Below are positions 1 to 12,367 of a stretch of DNA of 64,000 nt, one piece after another. Source of the stretch: the human T2T-CHM13v2.0 reference genome, Homo sapiens; assembly GCF_009914755.1 (NCBI RefSeq), contig NC_060930.1; one strand, given 5' to 3'. How positions within the stretch are numbered: the stretch's first letter is position 1; each line of letters starts with the position of its first letter. The position numbers were made by a program, and so were the translations under genes. The notes below the pieces were generated by a model. It was not told the DNA's origin and ran no database searches. It saw only the letters and a program-made list of their open reading frames with translations.

Positions 1-353
1 ATTCAGTACTATTGTGTTTATGAATATGTGGTACCACATTTCAACATCAGTGGTTAAAATTTGTAACAAAAATGCATCATTTCCCCAGGATTCCAAAGAG
101 TTACAGTTTCACTATATGTAAAGCTTGTCAAGGACACATTTAGAAGAATGCATTCTAACCCATTTTTAAGAAATAATTCAGCAATGTGATATCTATTATT
201 ATTAGAATTACATCCCTACCTCTGCCTTAGAGCTTCTATTTTTCAGTCAGTCTTACTAGGCAAAGTCAAGATGATGTTTATGGTTTCAGGTTACAGAGAG
301 TTTGGATTCTAAAAATCTCATTTATAAAAGGTTGTTCCCATTATAAATGGATC

Positions 354-1040
354 CATTCATTCTGCAAATATTTGTTGAGTATAACTGCCAGGGCACTGTT
401 CAATGTGCTCCCAGTACACCAGTGAGCACAGCAGCCTAAGTTCCATGGCCTTTGAGAGTTACATTCTAGTGGGAGAGACATGATAAAACAGAATAAGGCC
501 AAGGCAGGAGGATCACTTGAAGCCAGGAGTTTGAGGCCAGCCTGGGAAACAGAGTGAGACCCTCATGTCTACTAAATAAATTAATTAATTAAAAAAAAAA
601 ACTGGGCTTGGTGGTCCACACTTGTAAGCCCAGTTACTTGGGAGGCTGAGGCAAGAGGATCCCTATAACTCAGGATTTCGAGGCTGCAGTGAGCTATAAT
701 CACATTATTGCACTCCAGCTTGCAAGACGGACCAAGGCCCTATCTCTAAAATATCAAACAAACAAAGAAAAATATAACAAATAACAAGATTACATAGATG
801 TTAAAAGGTGGTAAGGACTATGAAAAAAACCAAAAATACTCAACATCAAGAAAAGGATTGAGTATGCAGTGGTAGGGTAGAGGGTGAGGGAGAAGTGTGG
901 ATTGAATTCTTCAATAGGGTAGGTGGGATGAACCTCATTGAGAAGGTGAAAAGTGAGCAGAGATTTGAAGGAAGTGAGAGAGTAAGCCAAGTGGGTGTCT
1001 GAAAGAGCAGTGGCCCTGGCAGAGGAAAGAGGTAGAACAA
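354..1040 (-). mobile_element. L2 LINE 3' fragment, split by the Alu at 497-775
   Basis: Begins cattcattctgcaaatatttgttgag...ccagggcactgtt, the reverse complement of the L2 3' end. L2-like sequence resumes after the Alu (gagaaggtga...gagcagagatttgaagga). Confidence 0.6.
497..775 (+). mobile_element. AluJ, 5'-truncated
   Basis: ggccaaggcaggaggatcacttgaagccaggagtttgag, A-rich linker, gaggctgcagtgagctataat, decayed A tail. Confidence 0.9.
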
Positions 1041-1134
1041 ATATACAACTCCAGCAGTTTCCTAAGGCAGCTAGAATGTCCCCAGATGATGAACATCAGA
1101 ATTGGCTGCACCACTAGAAATCGTATGACTGAAT

Positions 1135-1250
1135 TTTATTTTTCACAGATAAGGAAACCAAGGCTGAAATAAGGTCAATGACTTCTCCAGGATTCCATGT
1201 CTAGTTTATAGAAGAAGCAGCTCTAGCACAGCTCCTAGCCCAGCTCTTCT
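1135..1250 (-). mobile_element. MIR fragment
   Basis: ttttcacagataaggaaaccaaggct is the antisense MIR core. Confidence 0.65.
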
Positions 1251-1266
1251 GAAAGTCATTGCAGAC

Positions 1267-1598
1267 TTTCTTTCTTTTTACTTTTTCTTTTCTTTTTTCT
1301 TTTCTTTTCTTTTCTTTGAGACAGAGTCTCTTCTGTCTCCCAGGCTGGAGTGCAGTGGTGTGATCTCAGCTCACTGCAACCTCTGCCTCCTGGGTTCAAG
1401 TGAGTCTCCTGCCTCAGCCTCCTGAGTAGCTGGGACTACAGGCGCCCACCAACACGCCTGGCTTATTTTTGTATTTTTAGTAGAGATAGGGTTTCACCAT
1501 ATCAGCCAGGCTGGTCTCCAACTCCTGGCCTCAGGTGGTCTGCCCATCTCGGCCTCCCAAAGTGCTGGGATCACAGGCATGAGCCACTGTGCTCAGCC
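1267..1598 (-). mobile_element. AluS (Sx-like), full length
   Basis: (TTTTC)n-type tail then gagacagagtctc...cctcccaaagtgctggga...gctcagcc. Confidence 0.95.
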
Positions 1599-2494
1599 TT
1601 CAAACTGTTATTGAACACTGCATTTGTGATGCATGCTGTGAGTGTTTCCACAAACTTGTAGATGCAGTTTTTCCTTAAAGAACTTGAAATCTAGATGTAT
1701 ACTTAAGATTGTATAAAATATAGGATAAAATTTAATAGTGAATAGATGAATATTAAATTGTTTCATAAAGTTTAGGCTTGAACGAGTTTAATGATGGGAA
1801 TAGTAACTGTGTGAGTCATCAGAAATGAGCCTTTTGCTATGCTTTAAACGATAGGTCAAGTAGATGAGCGAGCATGCATAGAAGGTGAATTTCAAATAAG
1901 GAGAGCAGGGTGAAATAAATTATTCAACACTTGGCCTCTAATACATTTCATGTGTGAAGAAGTGTGTGTTACTGGATTCAGAGATGCCTGCAATATTGTC
2001 CCTGCCCTCTCAGAACAGAGTGCATAACAGCAAGTGAAGGGGCAATACTATTCCATAAATAGGATGAGGTTTGCCTTAGTAAGACATTGACATCCAGTCA
2101 CAGGTGTGCTGAGTTTCAGTGCGTAGTAAGCCAGAGAAAAAGTAGACATCAATGATTTTAGAGGGAAAGGAACAACTATAGAAGCTTGGGAATTGGGAAG
2201 GAAGGATTTCATGGGCCATGTGTGTTTATAAAGTAGGATCAATGCTTAAGATGCCAGGTAACAGGCCACTGGAAGTTAGAACCTGGCATTACTAAACTTC
2301 TCAGTGAGGAAGTTCCAAGGGCATGGATAAACTGTAGGAAAGCTGATAGTAGCAGGTTAGGTCCTGGAGTTGTGTAAAGTTAAAATAAGAATTTTGGTAG
2401 TATTGGAATATCTGGCAATGAGTTGGGAAAATTTTTCAAAGGGGACTAGCCCAGGCTAATTGTATAAAGTCCGTAGATAATGGTCGGTGTACTA

Positions 2495-2595
2495 GCTGCA
2501 CTAGAATATCCTGGACGGCAAGCTTTTCAATATTATAGATTCCTGAGCCCCAGCGTCAGAGATTTTGTTGTACAGTCATGTTTAGAACCACTAGG
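2495..2595. mobile_element. MER5-like hAT fragment
   Basis: ctgcactagaat...agattcctgagcccc...tttagaaccact resembles MER5A. Confidence 0.4.
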
Positions 2596-3282
2596 ATAGC
2601 CTATACTGGGTGTGATGGCATGAAGGAGGAAGTCAGACTTGAAGAGTGGCATAAATCAATGGCAAGGCTGTGATGAGATGTAAAGACATGGCAGTGACCA
2701 CATGCCAGAGCGTCACTCTTAACTGATTTGAGTGAAGTCAATAAATGTAGAGCTCCTCAGGAGGATGGCAAGTGCTACAATGTCTCAAGTGACCTTTCAA
2801 TTAGGTCAAAGACCCTGCAAGAAAGATTTGGTCTTACGTAAATTTAATAACAGTATTACAAGTGGTGATATAAAATGAATCAACAGCATTGATATTCCTG
2901 TTCATATAATTGCCCATGCTTTATATTGTCCCTTTACCCATAAAAGAACTGGCTTTAACTTATAAATCAGTCCCTCTTCTAAAAATGCCCAACTGGGCAT
3001 TCCAATGTGTAAGGATGAATGCCATTGTTTCTGTTTTTAACAAATAAGTGCTAAGGAGTAATGACTGGGTTGCGTTTCTTATAGGAAAATTCAGCAGCTA
3101 TCTTTTCTCTGTGGGAAGGGGTTCTATTTAGCATGCCCAGCTAAAGGAGAATTAAAAGGAGAAAAGAGGAGTAGTCAGCACAGTGTATTATCAGGGGGAC
3201 ATGGGATGTTTGCTCTGAATCCACGGAATTGTCTTAAAGAGGGAGTATGTTTTTCTTCACTCACCAGGTTGAGTTACATTAT

Positions 3283-3325
3283 GAGTATTTTATTAGGGTT
3301 CTCCTGAGAAACAAACCAATAGGAC

Positions 3326-3364
<39 letters not shown>

Positions 3365-3791
3365 TGCAAGCATGTATATGGAGAGAAATATATATATATT
3401 AAGAGAGAGATTATAAAAAATTGGCTCACACAATTATGGAGGCTGAGAAATCCCAGAATCTGCCTTCTGCAAGATGGAACCCCAAAGAAGCAGTGGTATA
3501 ATTCATTCTGAGTTCAAAAGGTAGGGAAAGATGAGATGAGCTGTTACAGCTCAGCAGTGAAGCAGGAAAAAATGAGTGAATTCCTCATTTCTCATTTCTA
3601 CACCTTTTGTTCTCCTCAGGCCCTCAGTGGATTGGATAATGCCCACCCAAACTGAGGAGGGTAATCTACTGATTCCACCAATTCAAATGCTAGTCTTATC
3701 TAGAAACACCCTCAGAGACACACCCAGCAAAAATGGTTAATATTGGCACTCTGTGACCCAGTCAAGTTGACACATACAATTAACCACTATA
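3283..3791 (-). mobile_element. MLT2-family (ERVL) solo LTR
   Basis: tattagggttctcc...ttggctcacacaattatggaggctgag...cagtcaagttgacacatacaattaaccac is antisense MLT2, with the usual internal microsatellite. Confidence 0.85.
3324..3361. repeat. (CA)n microsatellite inside MLT2
   Basis: Directly visible, one interruption. Confidence 0.95.
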
Positions 3792-6700
3792 GCTACCCTT
3801 CATTATGAGCCTCATCAGACTTCAGAAAGTACCAATTTGAGGAGAGCCAGCTGTAGGCAAAATTGTTGTCATTAGAAAATGGCTATTAGCTAGAATTAAA
3901 CCCAGAAAATAATTTTTTGAAGGTCTAGGCACTTGTAGGTTGACAGACTCCCACCTCTTCTTGCTGGTGCTGGTGTGACTCTATTCTTTCTTGGGCTCTG
4001 ATCTCCAAACAGTCCTTAATTTCATTTACTGTTCTTGATGTGGGATAAAATAAATGATGTAGGCTTGCTGAGTTTATTTCCAGTTAGCATCATCTTTTCT
4101 GCAGTAAAGATGCCTGAGGAGGCCCACCTTCATGCCAACCTGCAAAGTTCTACCTGCCAGGGTAGCCACCATGAGTTCTGTTGGCCAAAGTTTCTTAGAC
4201 TCTACTCCAGGGCACACCAACTCTTCAAATGCCCACCAAGAAGGCATTTGGAGAGTTGATGTGCCCTGGAGTAGAGGTTAAAAAATTTTCTGGGAGTGCC
4301 CAAAGTGGGCAGAGAGCTTACGCTATGAAGGCAACACCATGGGCTGCTTGGGTTCTGTCCCACACACTGGGGGAAGTAAGTGGAGAGAGATATTTCAAGG
4401 CATGCTTAGGAGGGCAAGAGAAAAATACAATCATATGAAAGAAGAGGCCGTCTCCCAAGTGAATTCAAAAATAAGTGCAGTGTAATGGTCTAACTACAAA
4501 GTCCACATTCCTTCCACTCCATTATACTGCCTCAGACTATCTTCAATGCATTTGAATAGCTCTACCATGCCTCTCCTACCAAATTGTTATAACTCTATTA
4601 TAACGTTAATATAATGTATATGGAAAGGACCAGCACAATGTATTACACATTTTCTTCTTTTCCTTTGAGACTTTTCACACATGTCAATACTTATAGGTAG
4701 ATTGATTGTAGCAAGTATTGTTTATTGCCTTTTTGAGATATAAGGGCAATTTAAATAACATTTACTTAAATTATATTATTTGTTAGGAGTGATTTGAAGT
4801 GACACAAAATTCTAACAGGACATGATTGTTCAATCTATAGTTTAAACACTTGCCATTTTCCTCTTGATATTGGCTTTCTTTGGAAAAAAAGACTGTTTCA
4901 GAAAGACCAGCTGCTTTTAGTCAAATTGGGCAAAACAGAATCTAAGTATCTTGAAAAGGCTATTGCATTTCACCATTCTTACTGAATCCTTTATTCTTAT
5001 GCAAATCAAGCCAGGAAGAATCAATGAAGCACCACCTGGCAAAGACCCAAAGATTCACCACCCATTTTGGCTAACCTAGAGACTTTATTTTCTCTTGGCA
5101 TGAATAGTCCAAGAACTGTAACAAATAAACCTACATCATCTAACTCTTCCGGATGTTCAGAATTAGTCTCAGGTCCAAGCTGAATTCAGGGTCATCACTC
5201 CTGAATTGCTTTTTAAAAATCACTATAGTAAAACTATTGCCAAAACCATGGAACTTGACTAGGGAGCATGTGGGGAAAGAGTTGTTACCTAAAACACAGG
5301 AAGCTAAAATAAAAATGAACAATTTTTTTAAGGATAAGTGTATTTTAAATATTACATGAGACACATGTATAATAAAAACATATTCACAGTTTATCTGAAA
5401 TTACAATTTAATTGAGCTTCTTTTATTTTTATTTGGTAGCTTTGGCAATCCCAAATAAAAAGAGACACAATCTATAATATGTTATTCTTTCAACTACAAC
5501 AAATTAAGATCAGGCTTAATTTCTAGTTTTGGAGATGAAAAAAATATTCTGAGCTGAAGTTGCTTACAATGTATCATGATACTTCATACCAACTTTGACT
5601 GTGTGGACAGCTTTCCATCAGATTCTGAACTGATACTGATACCATCTGATGGCCTGTATAAGGCCCTTGTTAGTCATCAGGTAGGAATGAGTTCCAGCAT
5701 CTCCCAGCATTGTCTGGAATAAAATCAGCTACTGTCCTCTGAGCTGAAAGGATGCCTTTTTATTATTGCCCAATCTCTTGAAGCATCCAGTCCCTACTTC
5801 CTACTCTTTATGACAGTCAGCATACAGTACTTTTTGTTCTAACAGGTGTATAATGATGTATCTGATTACTTATCACAAGGCATTTTGTTTTTCCAGACAG
5901 TAACAGGATGTCAGTGTAAAGAGTTTGTTCCTACTTCAATATGAACTAATAATTTTTAAATCCTTAAACTGAGAATTTTTGCTAGATGTGTTTTGGTTTA
6001 TCAGACATCCTGAGCATCAGGCACATTCTCCTTCTTTGCTTCCCTATGTTAACAGCAAAACTAGCTTAATGTATTGAGCAGAGTCCTTGTTTAAGCTTGA
6101 ACAAAAACTATCAGCTTTCTATCTGCTTAATTAAACCATAAAGTTGTACTTACATTCCATTGTGTGTAAGTGAAAAACAATTACTTCATGACATTATTCT
6201 TGTTTTTAAAAAAACCACACACAACAAAATCTTTTTGTTCAAATATCAGAGTAACAATGGTAGAAACATTTCACTACGACAAAACGGTGTTTACATTTTA
6301 TGTTATAGAATTTCAGTATAAGAAATGCCTGTAGAAATACAAAATCAATGCTTAGCCAATGAGTGGGACAATCCTAGCATGTCTCCCGGGGCAGGATACA
6401 ATACCTAATTGGAGACTCTATATAAATAACCAAACAATATTCATCATTGGGATACTGCAGTGGCCTCTTTCAAATCTCTATACTATATACACAATAAAAT
6501 CTATAGTTTCATTGGATTTTTTAAAGAGTAGAGAAATACATTGTACCCAGTAAAACTTTTACAAAAGATGGTGAGTACAAATCTTTTGGAATTACAAAGA
6601 TACATAAAATAAGATTGACTCCACTTTCAATGTCAGGTATACTGTTTTTGAGAGTATTTACATAGCCTTATTCTCACATCCTCTAAAGTTAGCAGCAAAA

Positions 6701-6961
6701 TCACCATTGCTTTTGGAAAAAAAAATTATTATTCTTTGTGAAACCCAACAAATATTCAGAATTTTTTTTAAAAAAAATCAATTACAAAAATTTATACACT
6801 CAAAAAGTATATATAAAGCATATGGGCCTGTTAAAATTTGCCACTCTTCTTATGAAGTAGAATATTACTAATACTTTGAAGTCCTATACACGTCTCTGAA
6901 AGATTCATTGATATTCTTCTGAATTTTAAAATTATCATTCTCTTGTATTTCTTTGTAGTTT

Positions 6962-8546
6962 TGATAGCAGCAGGGGCCCATCTGGAGCAGCAACTTCCAT
7001 GATGCCAGCTGCAACAGAGGAGGCACAGCTGGGGCTGAGCACTACATGGAGCTGGTGAGAGCTAAGCAGAGGTGGAAGCCCTGCCCCCCTTCTGAGTTGG
7101 CAGGGTGGGAGTCTTGCCCTCCCTGGGTGCAGCTGGGGCTGCCCAGCCACAGCACAGAACTGCTTGCTCCCATTGGCTGGCTTCTCCCTTCTCCCGGGAC
7201 CTGCTCTGATCTCAGAGCAAAGTTGAGGCCAAGCCTGGGCACTATCACAACCCAGCTGGGTGTGTGCACATCTGGGGCAGCACTGACATGCCAGCCCCCT
7301 GTGGCCTCAGCCCCCTCTGTGCTTTGGGCACTGACACGCACAGGAGGGAAGCCAAATGGGGGCACAGGGTGGCTCAGTGCTGACCTGCAGGCACCCCTCC
7401 TCCACACCAACAGCCTGGGTACCATGGATGTTGGCAAGAGGCAGACAGGCTCCTGGGTGGAAAGGGACGGGTCCCAGTGAAGCCCCACCTTCAAGTTGGG
7501 GAAGGCCTGAAACCTGGAGTCTGGGCTGCCAGCCCCACAGACTAGAGTGAGAACTTATGGTGCTTTTTCTAGGCCCACCCATGGCTGCCTATGGACCAAT
7601 CAGCACATATTTCCACCTGTCTGAAGCCCATAAAAACCCTAGACTCAGCCAGACTTGGAGAGAGGATGGGATGATGACCAGCCATGGAGAGCAGTTACCC
7701 ACTCCAGAGTCTCCTCTCTGCTGAGAGCTGAGCAGACATCAGGATTGCCACTGGCAGTGAGGAGCTACCTACTCCAGGGTCTCCTCTCTACTGAGAGCTG
7801 AACACCCAACAGAATGGCCTACCTGCAGAGAACTACTCACTCCCAGGTCTCCTCTCTACTGAGAGCTGACACTAATAGGGACACTCTGCCTGTGGAGAGG
7901 AGCTACCCAATGCAGGTCTCCACTGAGCTGTTCTGTCACTCAATAAAACTCCTCTTTGCCTTGCTCACCCTCCACTTGTTCTCAAACCTCATTCTTCCTG
8001 GACGCAGGATAAGAATTTGGGATCTGCTGAATGACAGTGCTAAAAGAGCTGTAACACAGACAGGGCTGAAACATGCCCCTTGCTTGCCACATTGTAGGTG
8101 ACAAGAAGAAGAGAAGAAAGAAGGAGAGAAGAGCTGCAACTGTTCAGGGAACCCAGACTTAGGAGCTCTCTGAGCCAAGGCTGTAACACCTCTTTGGGGT
8201 TCTGAGGTTTCTGGCATCTTCAAGCAACTATATTCCCCAGTGCCAGCCATGGAAGCTGCTTGTGGTATGCCTGGTCCAGCTGCAGCCTTACAGAGAGCCA
8301 GCACCTGCCCCATCACAGCCAGAGTGCCTGGCTGTGTGCAGTGGCCAGACCCCACGTTTTCTCACTCACACACCACTCACTGCTCTGCTCACCCTTGGCA
8401 GGGTTGGGATCCAGGCCAATAGTGTAAGCCAAGTGCAACCTGCCAGGCCAAGTGGGCCCGGAGGGCCTGAGCAAAACTCAGGCAAAGGCACCACTGGCCA
8501 CAGAGGTTTCTGACTGGTGAAACGACACCCCAAGGATCCCGTAACA
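6962..8546 (+). mobile_element. MER52A-type (ERV1) solo LTR, about 1.58 kb
   Basis: TG...CA termini (tgatagcagc ... cccgtaaca) with flanks gttt/attt (4-bp TSD, 1 mismatch). CCAAT near 7596, cataaaa near 7629, AATAAA at 7942. Internal repeats of the type gagctacccactccagggtctcctctct at about 7690-7930. Confidence 0.85.
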
Positions 8547-8695
8547 ATTTTGCCACATATGTATACACCCTCTAAAAATATTGCTTAGTGTTTTATATAT
8601 TTACCCTGTTTTCTTTTTGATAGAATTTGGTAATTTTCATATTTTTATAACTTTGAGTAATTTTCATATTTTTATAACAACGATTTTATGTACGT

Positions 8696-8998
8696 GGACT
8701 GGATGCAGCAGCTCACGCCTGTAATCCTAGCACTTCAGGAGGCCAAGGCAGGAGGATCACTTGAAGCCAGGAATTCAAGCCAGCCTAAGCAACATAACTG
8801 GAGCCCATCTCTACAACAAAAAATTTCAAAATCAGCCAGCCCTGATGGCAAGTGCTTGTATTCCCAGCTCCTCAAGAGGTTGAGGTGGGAGGATTGCTTA
8901 AGCCTAAAACTTTGAGGTTGTAGTGAGGCATGCTAGCACCAGTGCACTCCAACCTGGGCAACAGAACAAGATCCTGTCTCTTACAAAAAATAAAAAAA
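8696..8998 (+). mobile_element. AluJ
   Basis: Diverged dimeric Alu with A tail and degenerate TSD (tgtacgtg/tgtacatg). Confidence 0.92.
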
Positions 8999-9607
8999 TG
9001 TGTACATGATTCCCATGTATATGTGAAAACATTTATCTAGGAATGGAGATGCTCCCAGACTATGCACATTTTAAACTCCTAGAAAATGCCCCAAAACTAT
9101 CTTCCAAATGATGCATTTATTCTCTCCCTCGCAGTCTATAAAAGTTGTCATTGCATCACATTCTCACTAACCATTGATACTGTCAGATATTTTAAAATGT
9201 TTGCCATTCTGGATATAAAATGACACCTCAACTGGATTTCCGGATTGCTAATGAGGTGAGCATCTTTTCCATTGTTGGTTGATCTTCTGGGAGTTTCTTT
9301 TATGAAGTGGCTATTCCAGTCTTTCCTCTTTTCTCTACTTGCCTATTTGCCTCTTTAAAAGTCAATTTGTAGAAATTCTTTATGCATTTTGAGCACTAAT
9401 CCTTTGGCAAATAGAGATATTGCAGATACTGTCAACCATTTTGTAGTTTGTCTTTTCACTTTCTGTTTGCTGTTTTTCATAGTAAAATTCTCAGTTTTAA
9501 TATTGTTGAATTTATAAATATTTTACTTTTTAGTCTGTGTTCTATATGTCATATTTATGAAATAATTTCCTGAGTCAAAGGTACAAAGATATTCACTAAT
9601 ACTGTCT

Positions 9608-9974
9608 CCTCCTTCTTCTTCTTCTCCTTCTCCTTCGCCTTCCCATTCTCCTTCCCCTTCCCCTTCTCCTTTGTCTTCTTCTTTTTTTTTCAAATAAGGT
9701 CTTGCTCTGTCATCCAGGCTGGAATGCAATAGTGTGATCTTGGCTCACTGCAACCTCCATCTCCCAGGCTCAAGTGATCCTTCTGATTCAGTCTCCTGAG
9801 TAGCTGGGATTACAGGAGTACACCACTGCACCCAGCTAGTTTTTGTATTTTTTGTAGAGATAGGGTTACCATGTCAGCCAGGCTGATCTCACTTGAACTC
9901 CTGGGCTCACGTGATCCTTCTGCTTTAGTCTCCCAAAGTGCTGGGATTACAAGTGTTAGCCACCATGCCTGACC
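9608..9974 (-). mobile_element. AluJ (Jb-like) with tail extended by a purine-rich repeat
   Basis: TSD cactaatactgtct at 9594-9607 and 9975-9988. Confidence 0.93.
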
Positions 9975-10614
9975 CACTAATACTGTCTTCTAAAAGTCTT
10001 GAAGGTTTATCATTTACATATGTTCAGAATCCATCTAGAATTTATTTATGGCATAAGTTAGGGAGTCTACTTAGTTTTTGTTGTCATATGAATAACCAAC
10101 TGGACTTGTTTCATGTATTGAACGCTTTCCCCAGCTATCTGTTATTCAACCTTTGTTACATGTAAAGTTCCCATATATGCATGAGTTAGTCCGTTGAAGT
10201 CTCTGTTCTGTGCCATTGGTCGGCTTGTTTATCCTTGCACTATATCATACTTTTAAAATTACAATTGCTTTATTATAAGTCATGATAACTATTAGTTCTT
10301 CTTGAGTACTGTCTTGACTGTATTTGCCATTTTGCTTTTCCATACATACTTTTTAAAACCAACTTGGAATTTTAATCAAATTTAAGTTAAATATCTTGAT
10401 TATTTGGGGGGAATTGATATCTTCCTAATATTGAGTGTTCCTACCCATAAATATGCTTTGTCTCTCTGTTAACTTTTTAAAAACTGTCTTATATTAAAGC
10501 TTATAATTTTCTCAATAATAGTCTTGTATATATTTTGTTAGATTTATTCCTAGGTAACTATATATTATTGACAATAATGTCTTCTTTAAATTTTTATTCT
10601 CCTATTCAACTAAT

Positions 10615-10920
10615 AACCAGGTCAAATTGCAGCTAGATAGGAGGAATAAGTTTTAGTGTTTAATATCATTGTAGGATGACTATAGTTAGCAATATTATAT
10701 TATATTATATTATATTATATTATATTATATTATATTATATATTTCAATAGCCAGAAGGAAAATATTGAATGTTCCCAACACAAAAAAAAAAATAAATGTT
10801 TGAGATGATGGGCATGCAAATTACCCTCATTTGTCATTATACATGATATGTATCAAAATATCATTATGTATCCTTTAAATATGTAGAGTTATTTTATGTC
10901 AATTTAAACAAATAATTTGA
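10615..10920 (+). mobile_element. L1MA 3'UTR fragment
   Basis: gctagataggaggaataagtt...gaatgttcccaacacaaa...aattaccct...gtcaatttaaa. Confidence 0.8.
10692..10741. repeat. (ATATT)n pentanucleotide repeat, about 10 units
   Basis: Directly visible. Confidence 0.95.
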
Positions 10921-12095
10921 AAATACCAAAACATTTATTTTATGCTTTGTAGTTGGTATATAGAAATGAAATTGAATTTAATTACTGATCTTACATCAGC
11001 AAAATAGCATTACGATTATTAATTCTGCTAATATATCTTAAATTATTTAGGGTTTTCTATGTAGATGATCATATTATATGGGAATAATAAGAGTTTATTA
11101 CTTATTTTCCAGTGTTTGATATTTTATTTATTTTCTAACCTTACATTGGTCAAATCTTACAAGGTACAATGCTGAATAAAATTGATCATAGCAGGTATTC
11201 TTGTTCCTGCCATTAAAGAAAATGTTTAACACTTTACTATTAATATCATTTATTATAGGATATTTTCAGATAGGATATTTATCAATTTGAGAAAGTTTGC
11301 TGAAGGATTTTGGTTTGTTTTGTTTTAAAGCATGAATAACTATTGAATTTTGTTGAATGTTTCTAAATAAGAGAGAAGTATATGTTTTTCTTTTGATCTA
11401 TTAAAGTAGTGAACTACATTAACTCATTTTCTAACGTATTAATATTGTTTTAGTGAGATAAATACAATTAGTCATAATATAGAATCATTGCTAATTTCAT
11501 ATGATATTCTATTTTAATTTTTTTCCATATTCCTGAGTTAAAATTTCAATTTCTCATACTTACTTCTCTGATTCTTTGAATCAAGGTAATTTCTTACAAT
11601 ACAAGTTAGGGAGTGTTCTTTCATTTTGGGGGACTCTGGGGTATCAGTGAAAATAGAGATTAACTATTCCTTGAATATTTGCATATTTTATATAACTCAA
11701 GATTAAAATTACTCTTTTTTGTTTTCTTTGTGGTAATATTTTAAATCACTGATCAATATTCTAATATAATAGGACTCTTTAGATGTTCTTTTTTTGGTAG
11801 TTAGTTTTGGCTAGTTATATTTTCCTGGAAATTTGTTTAATTCATTTATGTTTTCAAACTTCTTGGCATAACAGTCTCTTATCTTTTCAATCTGTGCTGC
11901 ACGTTAAAACATTTTTTTAGTTCCCAAATTGACTTATTGGTTGTCTTCTCCAACTCATTGATTTGCATACTATGCATGTATGTTTGTATGTATTATCTGT
12001 CTAGCAATTTAGAAGTTCTACGCTCTATTTCTATTCTGTTAGTGTTGACCCAAGAAATGTTTAAAATATAAAGTACCTTAAGAAAGTCCACATTT

Positions 12096-12336
12096 CACCA
12101 CATGTTCTCACTCATAGGTGGGAAGTGAACAATGAGAACACATGGACACAGGAAGGGGAACATCACACACCGGGGACTGTTGTGGGGTGGGAGGAGGGGG
12201 GAGGGATAGCATTAGGAGATATACCTAATGCTAAATGACGAGTTAATGGGTGCAGCACACCAACATGGCACATGTATACATATGTAACAAGTCTGCACGT
12301 TGTGCACATGTACCCTAAAGTATAATAATAATAAAA

Positions 12337-12367
<31 letters not shown>
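12096..12367 (+). mobile_element. L1PA3/L1PA4-type 3' end, 5'-truncated, (TAAA)n tail
   Basis: gcattaggagatatacctaatgctaaatgacgagttaatgggtgcagcacaccaacatgg. Perfect 16-bp TSD aagaaagtccacattt at 12080-12095 and 12368-12383. Confidence 0.92.

Larger units (their letters stand above)
8547..11950 (-). mobile_element. Old L1M (L1ME/MD-like) 3'UTR and ORF2 remnant, interrupted by two Alus and an L1MA fragment
   Basis: T-rich antisense L1 motifs (gctaatgaggttgagcatcttttc, gttagatttattcctaggta, ggttttctatgtagatgatcatatt). Confidence 0.7.

Noticed and set aside
5615-5652. 9-bp inverted repeat (ccatcagat/atctgatgg) as a possible small RNA
   Set aside because: Short stem with a 20-nt loop, expected by chance. 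No properly placed C/D or H/ACA boxes.
6568-6576. Strong isolated splice donors (ATG|GTGAGT here, AAG|GTAAGT on minus near 40566-40574)
   Set aside because: No convincing paired acceptor or coding frame. Such sites are common by chance.
6935-8513. Cluster of 60-150 aa ORFs on both strands
   Set aside because: They lie in the GC-rich MER52A LTR, where stop codons are scarce. No recognisable protein.
9523-9729. ORF with an EGEGEGE acidic repeat
   Set aside because: Translation of a purine-rich Alu tail.
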